Part shown: positions 50,996 to 64,000 of the stretch, in pieces
How the letters are laid out: the number at the start of each line of letters is the position of its first letter
Position numbering within the stretch: position 1 is the first letter of the stretch
NCBI RefSeq assembly: GCF_006345805.1
Contig: NC_042997.1
Coordinates: 179,180,001-179,244,000 of the forward strand
Direction: 5' to 3'
DNA from: Octopus sinensis
Lineage: Eukaryota
DNA length: 64,000 bases
Position numbers and translations under genes: made by a program
The notes under the pieces: model-generated
The model's input: the letters and a program-made list of their open reading frames with translations, nothing else
The model's database searches: none
Told to the model about the DNA's origin: nothing

Positions 50996-51951
50996 TATTT
51001 CTTTATTGCCTACAAAGGGCAAAACATAGAGGGGAGAAAAAAGGGATTAAGTCGATTACATCGACCCCAGTTTGGAACTGGTAGTTATTTAATCGACCCC
51101 GAAAAGATAAAAGGCAAAGTCCATCTCGACGAAATCTGAACTCAGAACGTAGCCGCAGACGAAATACCAATTTCTATTTCTTCACTACCCACAAGGGGCT
51201 AAACACAGATAGGACAAACGGATTAAGTCGATTATATCGATCCCAGTGCGAAACTGGTACTTATTTAATCGATCCCGAAAGGATGAAAAGCAAAGTCGAC
51301 CTCGGCGGAATTTGCACTCAGAGCGTAGCGGCAGACGAAATACCTATTTCTTTACTACCCACAATGGGGCTAAACACAGAGAGGACAAACAAGGACAGAC
51401 AAACAGACTAAGTCGATTATATCGAGCCCAGTGCGAAACTGGTACTTATTTAATCGACCCCGAAAAGATAAAAGGCAAAGTCGACCTCGACGAAATCTGA
51501 ACTCAGAACGTAGCAGCCGACGAAATACCAATTTCTATTTCTTCACTACCCACAAGGGGCTAAACACAGAGAGGACAAACAAGGACAGACAAACGGATTA
51601 AGTCGATTATATCGAGCCCAGTGCGAAACTGGTACTTATTTAATCGACCCCGAAAGGATAAAAAGCAAAGTCGACCTCGGCGGAATTTGAACTCAGAGCG
51701 TAGCGGCAGACGAAATACCTATTTCTTTACTACCCACAATTGGTCTAAACACAGAGAGGACAAACAAGGACAGACAAACGGATTAAGTCGATTATATCGA
51801 CCCCAGTGCGTGACTGGTACTTAATTTATCGACCCCGAAAGGATGAAAGGCAAAGTCGACCTCGGTGGAATTTGAACTCAGAACGTAATGGCCGATGAAA
51901 TACGGCTACGCATTTCGCCCGGCGTGCTAACGTTTCTGCCAGCTCGCCGCC
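50996..51951 (-). mobile_element. SINE family B tandem pentamer
   Basis: One full head at 51951, then four further units of about 170-190 bp, each restarting at ggtatttcgtc. Junctions at about 51719, 51529, 51344 and 51168. Confidence 0.92.
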
Positions 51952-51979
51952 TTAACATTATTAAATATTTCTTGTTAAA

Positions 51980-52200
51980 AGCGACGACCTGGCAGGATCG
52001 TCAGCGTGCCAGACAAACGGCTTACCAGTATTTCACCCGTTTTAACGGTATACGTTCAAATTCCGCCTAAGTTGACTTTGCATTTTATTCTTTCTTATTC
52101 GAAAAATTAATTTATCAGTCGGCCATTGGAATCGATGTAATTGACTATCCAATCTCTCTGAAAATTTCAATATTATTCCTTTAAGGAATTCGAGGTATTT
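51980..52200 (+). mobile_element. Old SINE B/B' copy, head-to-head with the pentamer
   Basis: gcgacgacctggcaggatcgtcagcg...cgttcaaattccgcc.aagttgactttgc.tttt. Confidence 0.75.
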
Positions 52201-53212
52201 TGGCTTGGAAATTGCTGGCAAAAGAAAAGAAAATAATGTATATACAGTTGTTAACAGTTCTAAATTCAACAGCAACTGTGCCACTCTATGCCGTATGAGG
52301 AATCATACGATTTTATTTCACTTGTGCTCTCATAAATGCATCATCTGAGTGCTACTTTATAATTTGTAGTTGACTTATGTGAAGATACGTATATATTCTA
52401 AGTAAATCATTAGCGTGTAGGCAAATTTTGAATACATACTGATTATATGTGAAAATGTGTGAAGTTTTTTCACATGTTTTCTAAGGTTAATATTAAGAGG
52501 TGACTAGGTAAAACAACATCTTGTTGATTATTTTCAGAAATACATCTGAATAAATTGAACCAGTTTCGACATGGGAACTTCTGTTATTCCTAAATGTTAA
52601 GTCTGATTTGGGTATGGTTTAAAATGTTAGTGTTTTTACCTAAATCTGTTTCGCCTCTTTTGTTATCAGTAGATTGATCCTGTTTTCTTATGGTATAAAC
52701 GACACATCTTTTAGTACAGATTAATGATTGAATTAAATATAAAACAGTGATAGCTGTATGAGCTTTTCTCAATGAAAAGGAATTGATCAAAACTGTTATT
52801 TTTTTTTTTAAGTATTTGTCCCAACTCAGTTTCGAAGGGGCTCGATATCCCTTCTTGATTCGATACTTTATAATCAGGACGAAAAAAAAGTCTTCGAACG
52901 AATGCAACAAAAAGTGTCAGAATGATATTTTACCGTTTTCAAACGTAATCTATTTTTGTTGTCTTTTTTATATTCTATAGTTTAACTATTTGGAAAACGC
53001 GTTCGATTCAGAAAATCTACTAGTCTGAAATCAGTTAAAATATATCTATAATTTCATATAAACTTTCGAAATCGCTACCGAAGTTGACACACCATAATGA
53101 CTACAAGTTTTAAAACATTCCATATACACACACGTATGTGCGTTCGATTACACACAACACGCACACACACACACACACACAAACACACCTACACTCATAG
53201 AATAATATATGT

Positions 53213-53312
53213 NNNNNNNNNNNNNNNNNNNNNNNNNNNNNNNNNNNNNNNNNNNNNNNNNNNNNNNNNNNNNNNNNNNNNNNNNNNNNNNNNNNNNNNN
53301 NNNNNNNNNNNN
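53213..53312. other. Assembly gap (100 N)
   Basis: Run of n; adjacency across it is not guaranteed. Confidence 1.
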
Positions 53313-53494
53313 AATATTTCAATAGATTGGTATTGTTACACACACATTTATATACATATGTGTTTATCTATATATGTATATACGTATATAGATATACAAC
53401 TATATATGTATATGCATATGAATATTTATGGGTATATATATACATATATATATGTGTGTATGTGAATATATGTATGTATATAAGTATAAATATA

Positions 53495-54064
53495 TGATCC
53501 AGGGTTCGAGGTGTGGGAAGAAATTTGGCTAGTTAGATTCAAGCAATCCGTAGTAAATATAAAAAAACAACTTTCAGGGACAATAGTGGTTTATTGAGAC
53601 GAAAGGTTGTGGACAAAAAGTTTCGTATCTGACTGAATCTCTCGTGTGTTGACATGTACCTGCTTGCGACAATGTAAAGGCTCATTTAATCGAGATAACC
53701 TTGGCCTGAAGAGTAGCCCCAAGCATACACTTCGCTCGGATAGTTACCACTTCTGAAGTTTTGCTCGCTATAATATGTAAAATTCCTAGTTTATAAGGAA
53801 TAAAATAGAAGATTGAAGGCTTGATAGAAGAATAGAGTTGCGAACATTATTCTCCTGTTTACATTCTTTTAACTTTACCCTCTATACCATTCTGCCTTGG
53901 TTTTGATTTTTCTTCTAATACAATATATACCTGCTATAAGGGAACCCTAATACGGATCCCTAGATCTAGCCTTAGCTAGGATCTTGGAACCAAAACGGTC
54001 GACCAACTATAGCACTTATTCAGTGTACTTGTTCGTTTAGATCACAAGTGAACTAAATCCCTCA
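53495..54064 (-). mobile_element. Possible solo LTR (about 570 bp)
   Basis: A higher-complexity block bounded by TGA...TCA inside a TA-rich microsatellite (tata|TG...CA|tatt), with minus-strand AATAAA about 100 bp from its 3' end. No internal domain. Confidence 0.35.
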
Positions 54065-54633
54065 TATTCTGTATGTATATATATAAATATATATGTTTAT
54101 GTGTGTGAGTATGTGTGTGTGTATGTGCGTGTGTCTGTTTGTGTGTGTATGTATGAATGTTTGTATGTATGTATACGTATATATCATATGTTTATGTAGG
54201 TATATTCGATACAGAAATATACAATTCCCTGCAGGTAAAAGATTTTATGTACCGGGAAATTTTCTTCATATACTTTTGGAAAAAGGTCTATCATAAAATA
54301 GACATTGTTTGCTTCAGATGTCATAAAAAAGTCAAAATTTCTATCCTACGAAAGCGAAAAACAAATAATTGACAATGAAAAACAAAACATAAGGGTTTTT
54401 AACCCAGTCGGCTAGAACAAGATATTTTTTTGTTTCCTCTTTCTGAATACGTATATGGTTAGATATTCACTTGCTGGATTATGGCGTTGTGTATTTATAT
54501 TTCTCTTTTCGCTTCAATAAAATACATCACTCACTCTGTACATCATAGGATACGTTGGATAGCTTCAAAATCACTTTTCATACCGTATAACATACATAAA
54601 ACATAGAGAAAGAAGACAGACGCATAATGGCAT

Positions 54634-54634
<1 letters not shown>

Positions 54635-54723
<89 letters not shown>

Positions 54724-54753
54724 GTCTATCTATCTATCTATCTATCTATCTAC
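54635..54753. repeat. (TATC)n microsatellite
   Basis: Read directly. Confidence 0.97.
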
Positions 54754-54939
54754 CTGTGTGAGTGTGTACGTGTAAGTCGGTGTTTATATCTATCCTACAT
54801 ATTTCTTATCTATATTTTAATTTGTATGACAGTTATTGATACAGACATGCATGGATGCATACATATATCTACATAAAAACACACACACACAAACAAACAT
54901 ATATCTATAGATATACATACATACATACAACAAATTATA

Positions 54940-55190
54940 GACACATACCAGACACATACACACACGTTCACACACACATACCAGACACATGCATACACGT
55001 TCACACACACATGCCAGACATATACATACATGTTCACACACACATACCAGAGACACATACATACGCGTTCACACACACACACACACATACCAGACACATG
55101 CATACGTGTTCACACACACACATACCAGACACATACACACACGTTCAGACACGCACATACACACACACACACCACACACACACACACACG
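54940..55190. repeat. CA-derived minisatellite (about 32-38 bp unit)
   Basis: Repeated ataccagacacat.ca.ac.cgttcacacacac. Confidence 0.85.
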
Positions 55191-55836
55191 TATCAATGAT
55201 CTCGTTCCACAATTTTTTCTGGTTTCAGTTTTCATATTTAACTTAATTTTCAGGCGCTAAAAGTGATCTCTTGCTTGTACTTTTTTTCATTGGAGAACAA
55301 TCGTATAACAATATATTCTGATTTAGCGTATAATACTAAAGATGGAAACAGGGCACTGTGCTTCTTTCATATTAACACAGCTAGAGATGGTTTATTTTTC
55401 CCTTGATAACATTGAAATGTTGCAACATATTGAACTATGTATGAACAAATACATGAAGAATACTATAATAATTCAAATATCTGAATATAGCACGAAATGA
55501 GAATAAATAGAAAAAAGATCTTGAGAAGCATGTAGGTGTTCTGAAAATAATATATTCAGTTTTGGTTGCGTAAAACTAGAAACAAAAGGTATAAGTGTTA
55601 TATAGTGAAAATAGATTATTTATTAAAAAGAATACATAAGTTCTGTAGAAGTACATTCATGTCTTGTAGTGTAAACAACCAATACATTAGTATTTCCCTA
55701 TCATAGTGACGCCATTTGCTAAAGGTCTCTGAACCTGCATCTATATCATTTGCTGAAGTGTTAACGTTCTGCAATATGAATAGCTTTTCGACTTTTTGTG
55801 TGTATGTATGAATGTATGTATATATATAATATCTAT

Positions 55837-55869
<33 letters not shown>

Positions 55870-56192
55870 TATAGTAGTAATATGTTACGAAAAGAAAATA
55901 TAAAATGCACGTGGAAATGTAAGGGTAAAATATGAAAAAATCAACGAAAATGCATATTGCAAATAGAAAAAGGGTATTTATGACAGGTAGTGACAAATAT
56001 ATACATTTAGATTGACTGAGGTTGTAATACGTGTCATAAAGGTCATTATTATGAGATGATTATAAAGTGATAATAAAGTAAGAGAACAAAACGAACCAAT
56101 GGTTGGCGTGATATATATATAGGGGAGGAAAATTAAAGAAATTTCCTATCAGGTGTCTTGTTAGGGTCACTGCTTTTGTGTTTAAACGTACA

Positions 56193-56286
<94 letters not shown>

Positions 56287-56357
56287 TAGTACATACATAC
56301 ATATATATATACTTATATGTATGCGATACATACATACTTTCATTTATATATGGAGAA

Positions 56358-57456
56358 AAGGTAATTAAAATTCATCAAAATATCAGATCTATCGGACTTC
56401 CAAAGAGGTCGAATTGTCTGTGTTCCTATGGCAGGCGCTTGTGTAACCAAAGCAGCCGAAATGTTTGGTGTATCAAGAAGTACTGTCTCGAAAGTTATGA
56501 CAGCCTTCGAGAAAGAGGGGAAAACCTCCTCGTCGAAACAAGACTCCGGAAGAAAACCCAAAATTTCAGATAGGGACCATCGGACTCTTATGTGAATTTT
56601 TAGAAAGGATGACAAAAGTACAGCTCCCGAAATTTCTGCTGAGCTTAATGACCACTTCGAGAACTCAGTTTTCACAAAAACTGTTCACCGGGAGCTGCAC
56701 AAAGCCGAATTGAATGGGAGGGCTGCAATCAGAAAACCACTACTTTTAAAAACAAATATTGCAAAGCGTTTTGAGTTCAGTAAAAACCAGATTTGGTCCC
56801 TAGAGCAGTGGAAGAATGTTCTTTTCTCGGATGAGTCATCCTTTACCTTATTTCCCACCACCGAATATACGTGTGGAGACAGCCAAAGGATGCATTTGAC
56901 CCAGCCTGCCTTCTTCCAACTGTTAAACATGGAGGAGAATCTGTGATAATCGTGGGGGTACTGTATCTTGGAAATCCGCCGTTCCAATGGTTTTCCTTCA
57001 TGGCAGAAGTAATAATCAAAACTCTTTAAGCATTTTATCTGATTAAATTCATCCTAAGGTTACGGAACAATTTCCGGAGGGAAACGTAATCTTTCAGGAT
57101 GATGATGTACCAATTCAAACAGCTAAATTTGTTACTGAATGGCACGAGGAGTATTCTAGTGAAGTTGGACATCTTATCTGGCCACCACAGCTCCCAGATC
57201 TCAATATTATTGAACATTTATGGTGCATTTTAGAAAAACAAGTAAGGAGTCTATCTTCCTCTTTCATCACTACAAGAACTGGAGACAGTTTTAGCTGAAG
57301 AAAGGACAAAATTTCCTTTGAAGACAATCCAAACTTTGTACAAGTTCATACCTCGTAGATTTCAATCTGCAATTACTGCCAAATGCGGTCCTACCCTATA
57401 TGAAAAGAAATTTGTTTCAAATTTTAAGGTGTTTCCATTATTTTGTCCAACTCCTG
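56358..57456 (+). mobile_element. Tc1 (DD34E) transposon, near-complete transposase pseudogene with right TIR
   Basis: DLSDFQRGRIV...AGACVTKAAEMFGVSRSTVSKV...SGRKPKISDRD...TVHRELHK...GRAAIRKPLL...WKNVLFSDESSF...IFQDDD...WPPQLPDLNIIEHLW. The right end is ttccattattttgtccaactcctg|TA; the left TIR is absent. Contains stops and frameshifts. Confidence 0.93.
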
Positions 57457-57988
57457 TACATATATGTGTATATATACGTGTATGTATATATGTTTTATTA
57501 TATATATATATATAATATATATATATAATATATAATATATATATATATTGTACATATATATATTATAATATATATATAGGTATGTATGTAAGTATGTATG
57601 TATCTATCGCATTTTTTGTTGTATTTGAATATTCAGTGACCTATGTTCCTATAATTTCTTGAAGTGAAATATAACCGTATTTGGAGGACAGATTTTCGTT
57701 GTACTCAATATATAACGCTGGCAGAATGAAGCGAACAGATTATGAATTAACTTGTTCAGTAAACAGACAGAATGTTTATAACCCCCCCCCCCCCCCACCC
57801 AAAAATGGAGAACCCCCAAATGCATCTTACCTTAAGTGAATATATTAGAATATGTGTTTTTCGTATTACTTTCAAGGGTCAAAATGGGATTATGTTGGTT
57901 GTATATTCACATATCTATGTGAATTATGTCTTATCAAAAGCATGCTTCTACGTCTCTTTCTTCCTCACTATATACACACACACACGTT

Positions 57989-58068
<80 letters not shown>

Positions 58069-58230
58069 CAGAAAGAGTGAGAGAGAGCTTTTACGAATGA
58101 AACATAAATTATAAAACGTAGTTTAGATATCGTATAGAAGAAAATTAGACGGGACCAGTAGACGGCCATTGATCATTGATATACTTCATATACATAGGAA
58201 AAATTACAAAAATAAAATGAAATGATACTG

Positions 58231-58279
<49 letters not shown>
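58231..58279. repeat. (AAT)n microsatellite
   Basis: Read directly. Confidence 0.95.
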
Positions 58280-58280
<1 letters not shown>

Positions 58281-58770
58281 TTTCTTACAAATGACACATA
58301 TACATGTAAAGTTTCAGTACACTGGCACGCTCAGAGAAATATTGCTAACGAAAATTGCGAAGCGAACAGTGATATACATGCAGTCTGAATGCGAACAAAA
58401 CAAAAATAGAAAACAATGGAAAACACACGGAAAATGTTATTATATCGTGATTAAAACACATCACTTCCATGGACGGTATTAGAAGGTTTCCGACGGAATG
58501 TAATATTAGCATTAAACAAAGGGTGTTATATGACAGAAGTTGTATATTATATTGATGCTGGTATATCCATGCCTACATACATGTACTCATATGCGGACAT
58601 ATATGTATATATCTAGAATTCATTCTATCTATTCATATGTAAATGCAAAGACATATATGTATATGTAAGTGTGTGAGTGTGTGTGCGTGTCTTCGAGCGT
58701 GTGTGTGGGTTTGTGTGTGTTGGAGGTCCATGCGTCAATTTGTGTGCATTTATGTACCTATGTAGGCAGG

Positions 58771-59168
58771 TATTTCTTTATTGCCCACAAGGGGCTAAAC
58801 ATAGTGGGGACAAACAAGGACAGATAAACAGATTAAGCTGATTACAACGACCCCAGTGCGTAACTGGTTCTTAATTTATCGACCTCGAAAGGATGAAAGG
58901 CAAAGTCGACCTCGGCAGAATTTGAACTCAGAACGTAACGGCAAACGAAATACCTATTTCTTTACTATCCACAAGGGGCTAAACACAGAGAGGACAAACA
59001 AGGACAGACAAACGGATTAAGTCGATTGCAACGACCCCAGTGGGTAACTGGTACTTAATTTTAAAGGCAAAGTCGATCTCGGCGGAATTTGAACTAAGAA
59101 CGTAGCGGCAGACGAAATACCGCTAAGCATTTGGCCCGGCCTGCTAACGTTTCTGCCAGCTCACCGCC
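58771..59168 (-). mobile_element. SINE family B tandem dimer
   Basis: Head at 59168, internal junction aaagaaata|ggtatttcg at about 58954, terminal gggcaataaagaaata. Confidence 0.9.
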
Positions 59169-59415
59169 TACATAGATAGGTAGGTAGGTTAGTTAGATGT
59201 GGCCTGTTATGTAGTGCGGGTAGAGAAAATATTTCTAAATAATTTGAAACGATCTTCGTATATTACTAGCCAAACGAAGACAGCAGTAAAGAGTTTCTCG
59301 ACTTAATAGATATAGCAACAAATTCTACCTTAAAACTTATTCTAATGCTTTTCTGAAATATAACATATTCTTACTTGAAACCATGAGATTTTGTGCCTAT
59401 CATATTTTTTCATTA

Positions 59416-59691
59416 TTTACTTGTTTTATCATTTGACTGCAGCGATGCTGGAGCAACACCTTTAGTCGAACAAATCGATCCCAGGGCATATTTTTGTAAG
59501 CCTAGTACTTATACTAGCCTTACGTTTGCCGAACCGCTAGTTTACGGGGAGGTAATCACACCAACATTGGTCTAGTGATGGTAGGGGAAGGAACACAGCT
59601 ACAAAAACATAAACCGAAGCTATCGCAGAAAACAGTTGCCCAAGTTGCCACGCAGTGGGACTGAATCCAGAAACAAGTTGTTTGGAAGCAA
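59416..59691 (-). mobile_element. SINE family A, degenerate
   Basis: tcatttgactgc..c.atgctggagca...tttagtcga...gccgaaccgcta...gccacgcagtgggactgaa. Confidence 0.8.
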
Positions 59692-59699
59692 GATCAAAA

Positions 59700-59895
59700 T
59701 AATCCTATCTTCTATAGACACAAGGCGTGAAATTTAGTAGGAGGGGACTAGTCGATTACATCAATCCCAGTGCTAGACTGGTCCTTATTTTTATTGGCTC
59801 CGAAAGGATGAAAGGCAAAGTCGACCCCGGCAGAATTTAAACTTCTAACGTAAAGACGGCGAAATGCCGCTAAGCAACTCTGTCATCTCGCCGAC
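59700..59895 (-). mobile_element. SINE family B'
   Basis: aatcctatcttctatagacacaagg...gtcgattacatc...gaaaggatgaaaggcaaagtcgacc...gaaatgccgctaagca. Confidence 0.8.
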
Positions 59896-60752
59896 TTTGG
59901 AGACATCAGTATAATACGCACCGATTTCTATTATTGTTAAGTCCAGGTAACTTTTTATGGGACAGATATATGTTTGATGGATGTCTAAAAGTGATAATTA
60001 TGACTTGTCTCCACTTATAGTTTGTCTTCATCTTAAAGGTATGTATTCCTCTCTCTTCTAACTTTACCTCTCGCTCTCTCTCATGTAATGGTACTCCCAC
60101 ATTCTATGTCGATGCAAACAAACAAATATCCTTAGACAATCATATAAAGGAGTTTCTAGAAACTGGATATTGCAAATATGCTGCTTCACAAAGAGCCTTA
60201 ACATTGCACACCGTAAGTAATTTACTTCAGCTGATAACTAAATCCTCATTGTGGTGATATCAATTATAAAGAAGTTTGACATTTTGTTCTTTGTAAATAA
60301 ACAGAGGATTACAAAAATGAAGCAATATTTAGTTGTTTGTTCTTTTGGTTTTGCATACTACCAAGAACATTGGGATAATTTTCAGAGAGAAGATAATGTT
60401 TCCCATGAATATTTTTTACAACGTGATGCTTACTAAACATTGTTTCTGATAAAAGTAAAGTTACTTGCCTCTCGCTGCTACTGCAGCTTTACGATAGAAG
60501 CGAAATTAGCTGCTAAGAAAATGCAGTGCATATACGGTGTACCTTAGTTTGAAGATTTTGTGAATTTAATCACGGAGTCATGTTCCTCAATCTGAATTAT
60601 CTTGATATGTCAGCACAAATGTAGGAGTGACTTATATATTCTCCTGGCAAGCAGGTTGATGAAAACAGCATACATTGAAAACTTGCTGTTGGAAGTCATT
60701 CATCTTGGACATACAGGGTAAAGAATGACAGCAATTCCAGTGTCAAAATATA

Positions 60753-61390
60753 CGAAGCGCGTTCAAAAAGTACCCAACTTTATTTCTTTCCGTTCAAGCT
60801 AATGCCGTTTGGATAAAATCCTTTGAATGGGTGGTGACGCCCCCTTTTTCTGCATTTCTGAAAATTTTCGTGCCGGTAGGCTGTGTCAGTTCTCGGCTGT
60901 CACGCCTAAAATATAGACATGTAGTGCGCGCTCGTCGGATTTTAACCGAATGAATCGAGCAGAGATATTCCGTCACGTTTTGCTGAACGCTTGGTGATAC
61001 TCAAGTTCGACGATCTAAAAGATTAAACAGACCTTTGACGATGATGTCAAAGGCAAAACTCAGTTCAAGGAGTGGTACAACCATTCCAAACATGTCCACA
61101 TCTCAGTGGAGCATGAGGTGCTCTTAGACAAGTCATCCACAAGCCGAAACAAACATGGCGAATAGTCATGGAAGACGGTCACGTAACAATCCCGGAATTT
61201 GCCCACGAAGTTGGAATAAACGCAGGATTAGATCATTCTATTTAAATGGAGCTTTTGTTAATGCGGAGAGTTTCGGCGAAATTCGTAACCAAGGACTGGC
61301 AGAGCAGCAGAAGCAACTCCGCATGAAAATCAAACTACGACCCAGGCTTCATGAAGACCATCGTAACTGGTGATGAGTCATGAGTTTATT
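60753..61390 (+). mobile_element. Mariner (irritans-like) 5' half with left TIR
   Basis: TA|CGAAGCGCGTTCAAAAAGTA terminus; IEQRYSVTFC*TLGDTQ...FKEWYNHSK...SSTSRN...VMEDGHVTIPEFAHEVGI...MRRVSAKFV...DPGFMKTIVTGDES*VY. Confidence 0.85.
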
Positions 61391-61999
61391 GTCTCTGTTT
61401 CATGCGTTCTGTCATAATGCGTGAAATCGTAACAGGCGGAAACTGGCGTGGCCTATGGCGAGGAAATTTGATGTGTGCACAGGAAAAGTGGCATTACCTC
61501 CCTTCCAAACGACCATGCACAGATACGTTTTGACCGCACCTCGTATTTGATACTTTAAACTAAAATAGGTGATGGTATTATTGAATAAGTTTAAAGATAA
61601 AATAACATGCACAGGATTGACAAGATTGTTCTTATGAACTTGAAGAATGAAAAGAAAAAAGCGAAATCGTAATGACCTCCAACTTTTGCCTGAGGAAATG
61701 AGCACTCGTATAAATATCCCGCTTAAAATCCATGGATTTTTGCATATCATATTTGCAATATCCTTTGGATGGGGAATACAACAACTAAAGCATGGAGTTT
61801 GTGAAAATGTACGTCGCGATGCTATGAAAGATTTATGAATTTCCATCCAAGAGTTCTTGCAATTACTGTAGCCGCACCAGACCAACAACATTTCAATAAA
61901 AATACTCAGGAAAATGGGAACAATAAGCGGTAGCCGCAGTAAATAGCAGAAGAGCTTTTATGAACGCACTCCAAAACTTTTCACATATATGAACTTAAA

Positions 62000-62047
<48 letters not shown>

Positions 62048-62857
62048 ATGTGTGTGTATGTGTGTGTATGTGTGTGTGCATGGGTGTTTGTGTGTGTGCA
62101 CGTGTGTGTGTGCGCACACGTGCGTACGTGACAGCGTGTGAGCGTGCGTATAAATGTGTATATTTAATTGAATTCTACGAATATATGTTTTAGACTGTAC
62201 ATGTGTACTTGATTTAATCAATGTCCGTTCGTTATATTCAATTAAAACATTTTTATAAGTAAAGTTATAAGTAAATTTAATGCGCATATCGATGTGTGTG
62301 TGTGCATATGTGTTGTTTACAGATTGCTTAGATATTTCATTTAAATTTTTATTTAATTATGTTACCTTAACTGTCTCCTCCCGCCCTCTCCCTCTCCCTC
62401 TCTCTATATATATAATATCTATATATGTGTGTGTGTGTGTGTTTCTGTATATTTGTGTGCATGTATATTAAAGAAATGTATTAAAAAAATTGACGTAAAA
62501 AAATATATAGACAAAATTAAACAGTGATCAGCAAAGCCATTTAATACACTTCAAAATAAATTGCCATAAAATTCTAATCATTTTAGACAATATAAATAAG
62601 CATCTTTGTCAGCAGAAAGAAGAAACCTTATGTTTCAATTTATCATATTATGTTCCGTGCTATACAGTCTCCCTCCTTCCCTCACACCTCGCAAGATGTC
62701 TGAATTGCTGTTTACATCGACATTTTTCTCACCCTTTCATTGTCTGCCTCTTTGCCCGTCTGTTTTTGTCTCTGTCTCTCTATCCCTCTCCCGATCATAC
62801 ATGAACAAATATATGCATGCATGCATGCATATATACATACATACATACATACATACA

Positions 62858-62891
<34 letters not shown>

Positions 62892-64000
62892 CATATATGC
62901 GTATGTACGAGTGTGTAATATACATATAAAGTTCAAATTATAATGAACGTAAACAAACAAAACGAAGTTTGCTTTAGTAGCTTTGAGATGTCAGAAAGTT
63001 AAAGAACTGATTTTTTAAATCCTCAAACGCAGAATGATGCCAATGTATTTGTGTGTGTGTGTGTGGTGTGTGTGTGTGTGTGTCTATGTATATGTATGTA
63101 TGGAGGCAAGCGTCGATGAATGACTGGATGGCTAAATGAACTGATGGATAGTCAGATGGATGTATACTTGAAATTTTGCACCTGATAAGAATTTATGCTG
63201 TGTTTCCCCTTATTTGGCCTGCAAAACCTCCAGCTTTCTTCATCACCGTTTGTGCAACCCTTCATTCTTTAAATATTAACATCTTGCCGAATATTTTTCC
63301 TAGTTAGTTTATGAATTATGAAACTGCAGCTTTCATTCAATAGAAATACAAATTTTGTAATAATTTCTTCCAGGCGATTTGATACATATATCTGACCTCT
63401 CCAATCATAAGATTATATTGTTAAAAGTGTATTTTGGCTAACGTAACCAAATCAGCAATAGTCCACGCCGAAGTGAATTTTTCCAATCATATTAATGCGA
63501 AATGGAATGTTGACTTACACAACCGAATTTCTATTTTGTTACCTCAACCTACAACATCATAATCAGTTTCGTTTTAATGTGGTTTGTATTTTCGTTTCAG
63601 CTTTTACCAATATGTTTTAAGGCTTCATTTGGTTTCCGTATATTTATCTTCGTTTTGAATTTATTTTCTTTTTCACTCTGTTCCAGGTTGTTCTGGCTAC
63701 AGCATCTCATGCAACAGTATTCGAAGGACATCTTTTCACCAGTGGAAATAATGTGCTTAACATGAATATTTGAATATACAGATATTTGTTCGTATGTATG
63801 TATGTGCGATGATTTGTTTCTATCTAAAATGTGCGAACATGCCTCACGATATTGCACATCATAACTAAGTTTACAGAAATATTTATAACTATCGTAAAAC
63901 AAAATCGAATACAAAATATATTTATATATTAAACTATATAGCATTCTCAGATAATCTTCGTCCAACAAATCTTACTTTGGCGGTATGTTACATGCTAAAT

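Noticed and set aside
50996-51951. Regularly spaced repeats that could suggest a CRISPR-like array
   Set aside because: The whole units of about 180 bp are repeated with no unique spacers; they are SINE bodies in a eukaryotic context with no cas genes.
61412-61891. 159-aa ORF on the minus strand
   Set aside because: TTG start, no recognisable domain or motif on either strand, and adjacent to transposon debris.

Overview
This is an AT-rich eukaryotic (animal) window dense in microsatellites. The SINE families look like those of Octopus (coleoid cephalopod); that assignment is from recognition, not a database search. No host protein-coding gene can be supported, apart from one weak candidate exon at about 15.6 kb on the minus strand. 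Almost all ORF-track entries are translated simple repeats or transposon debris. The window holds many copies of three tRNA-derived SINE families (called A, B/B' and C here), including tandem SINE-B multimers. Non-LTR retrotransposon fragments include four R4/Dong-like or other RLE-type pieces, one Tx1/L1-clade, one CR1-clade, one RTE-clade and one Penelope-like RT. DNA transposon remnants include four dead Tc1/mariner elements, a Tigger-like end, a cluster of non-autonomous Helitron-like elements and fold-back elements; there is also a possible solo LTR. Four observations stand out. (1) A tRNA-headed, (AAT)n-containing element ends in a correctly registered minimal hammerhead ribozyme next to a Penelope-like RT, and two more hammerheads of the same variant design occur elsewhere. 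(2) Two SINE-LINE 3'-tail partnerships are visible within the window: SINE-A with CR1 (with a compensatory hairpin change) and SINE-B with Tx1. (3) SINE-B multimers restart inside their own tRNA head. (4) A head-to-head Dong/Tx1 chimera sits inside a duplicated (ATT)n site. All coordinates were read by eye and may be off by a few bases.
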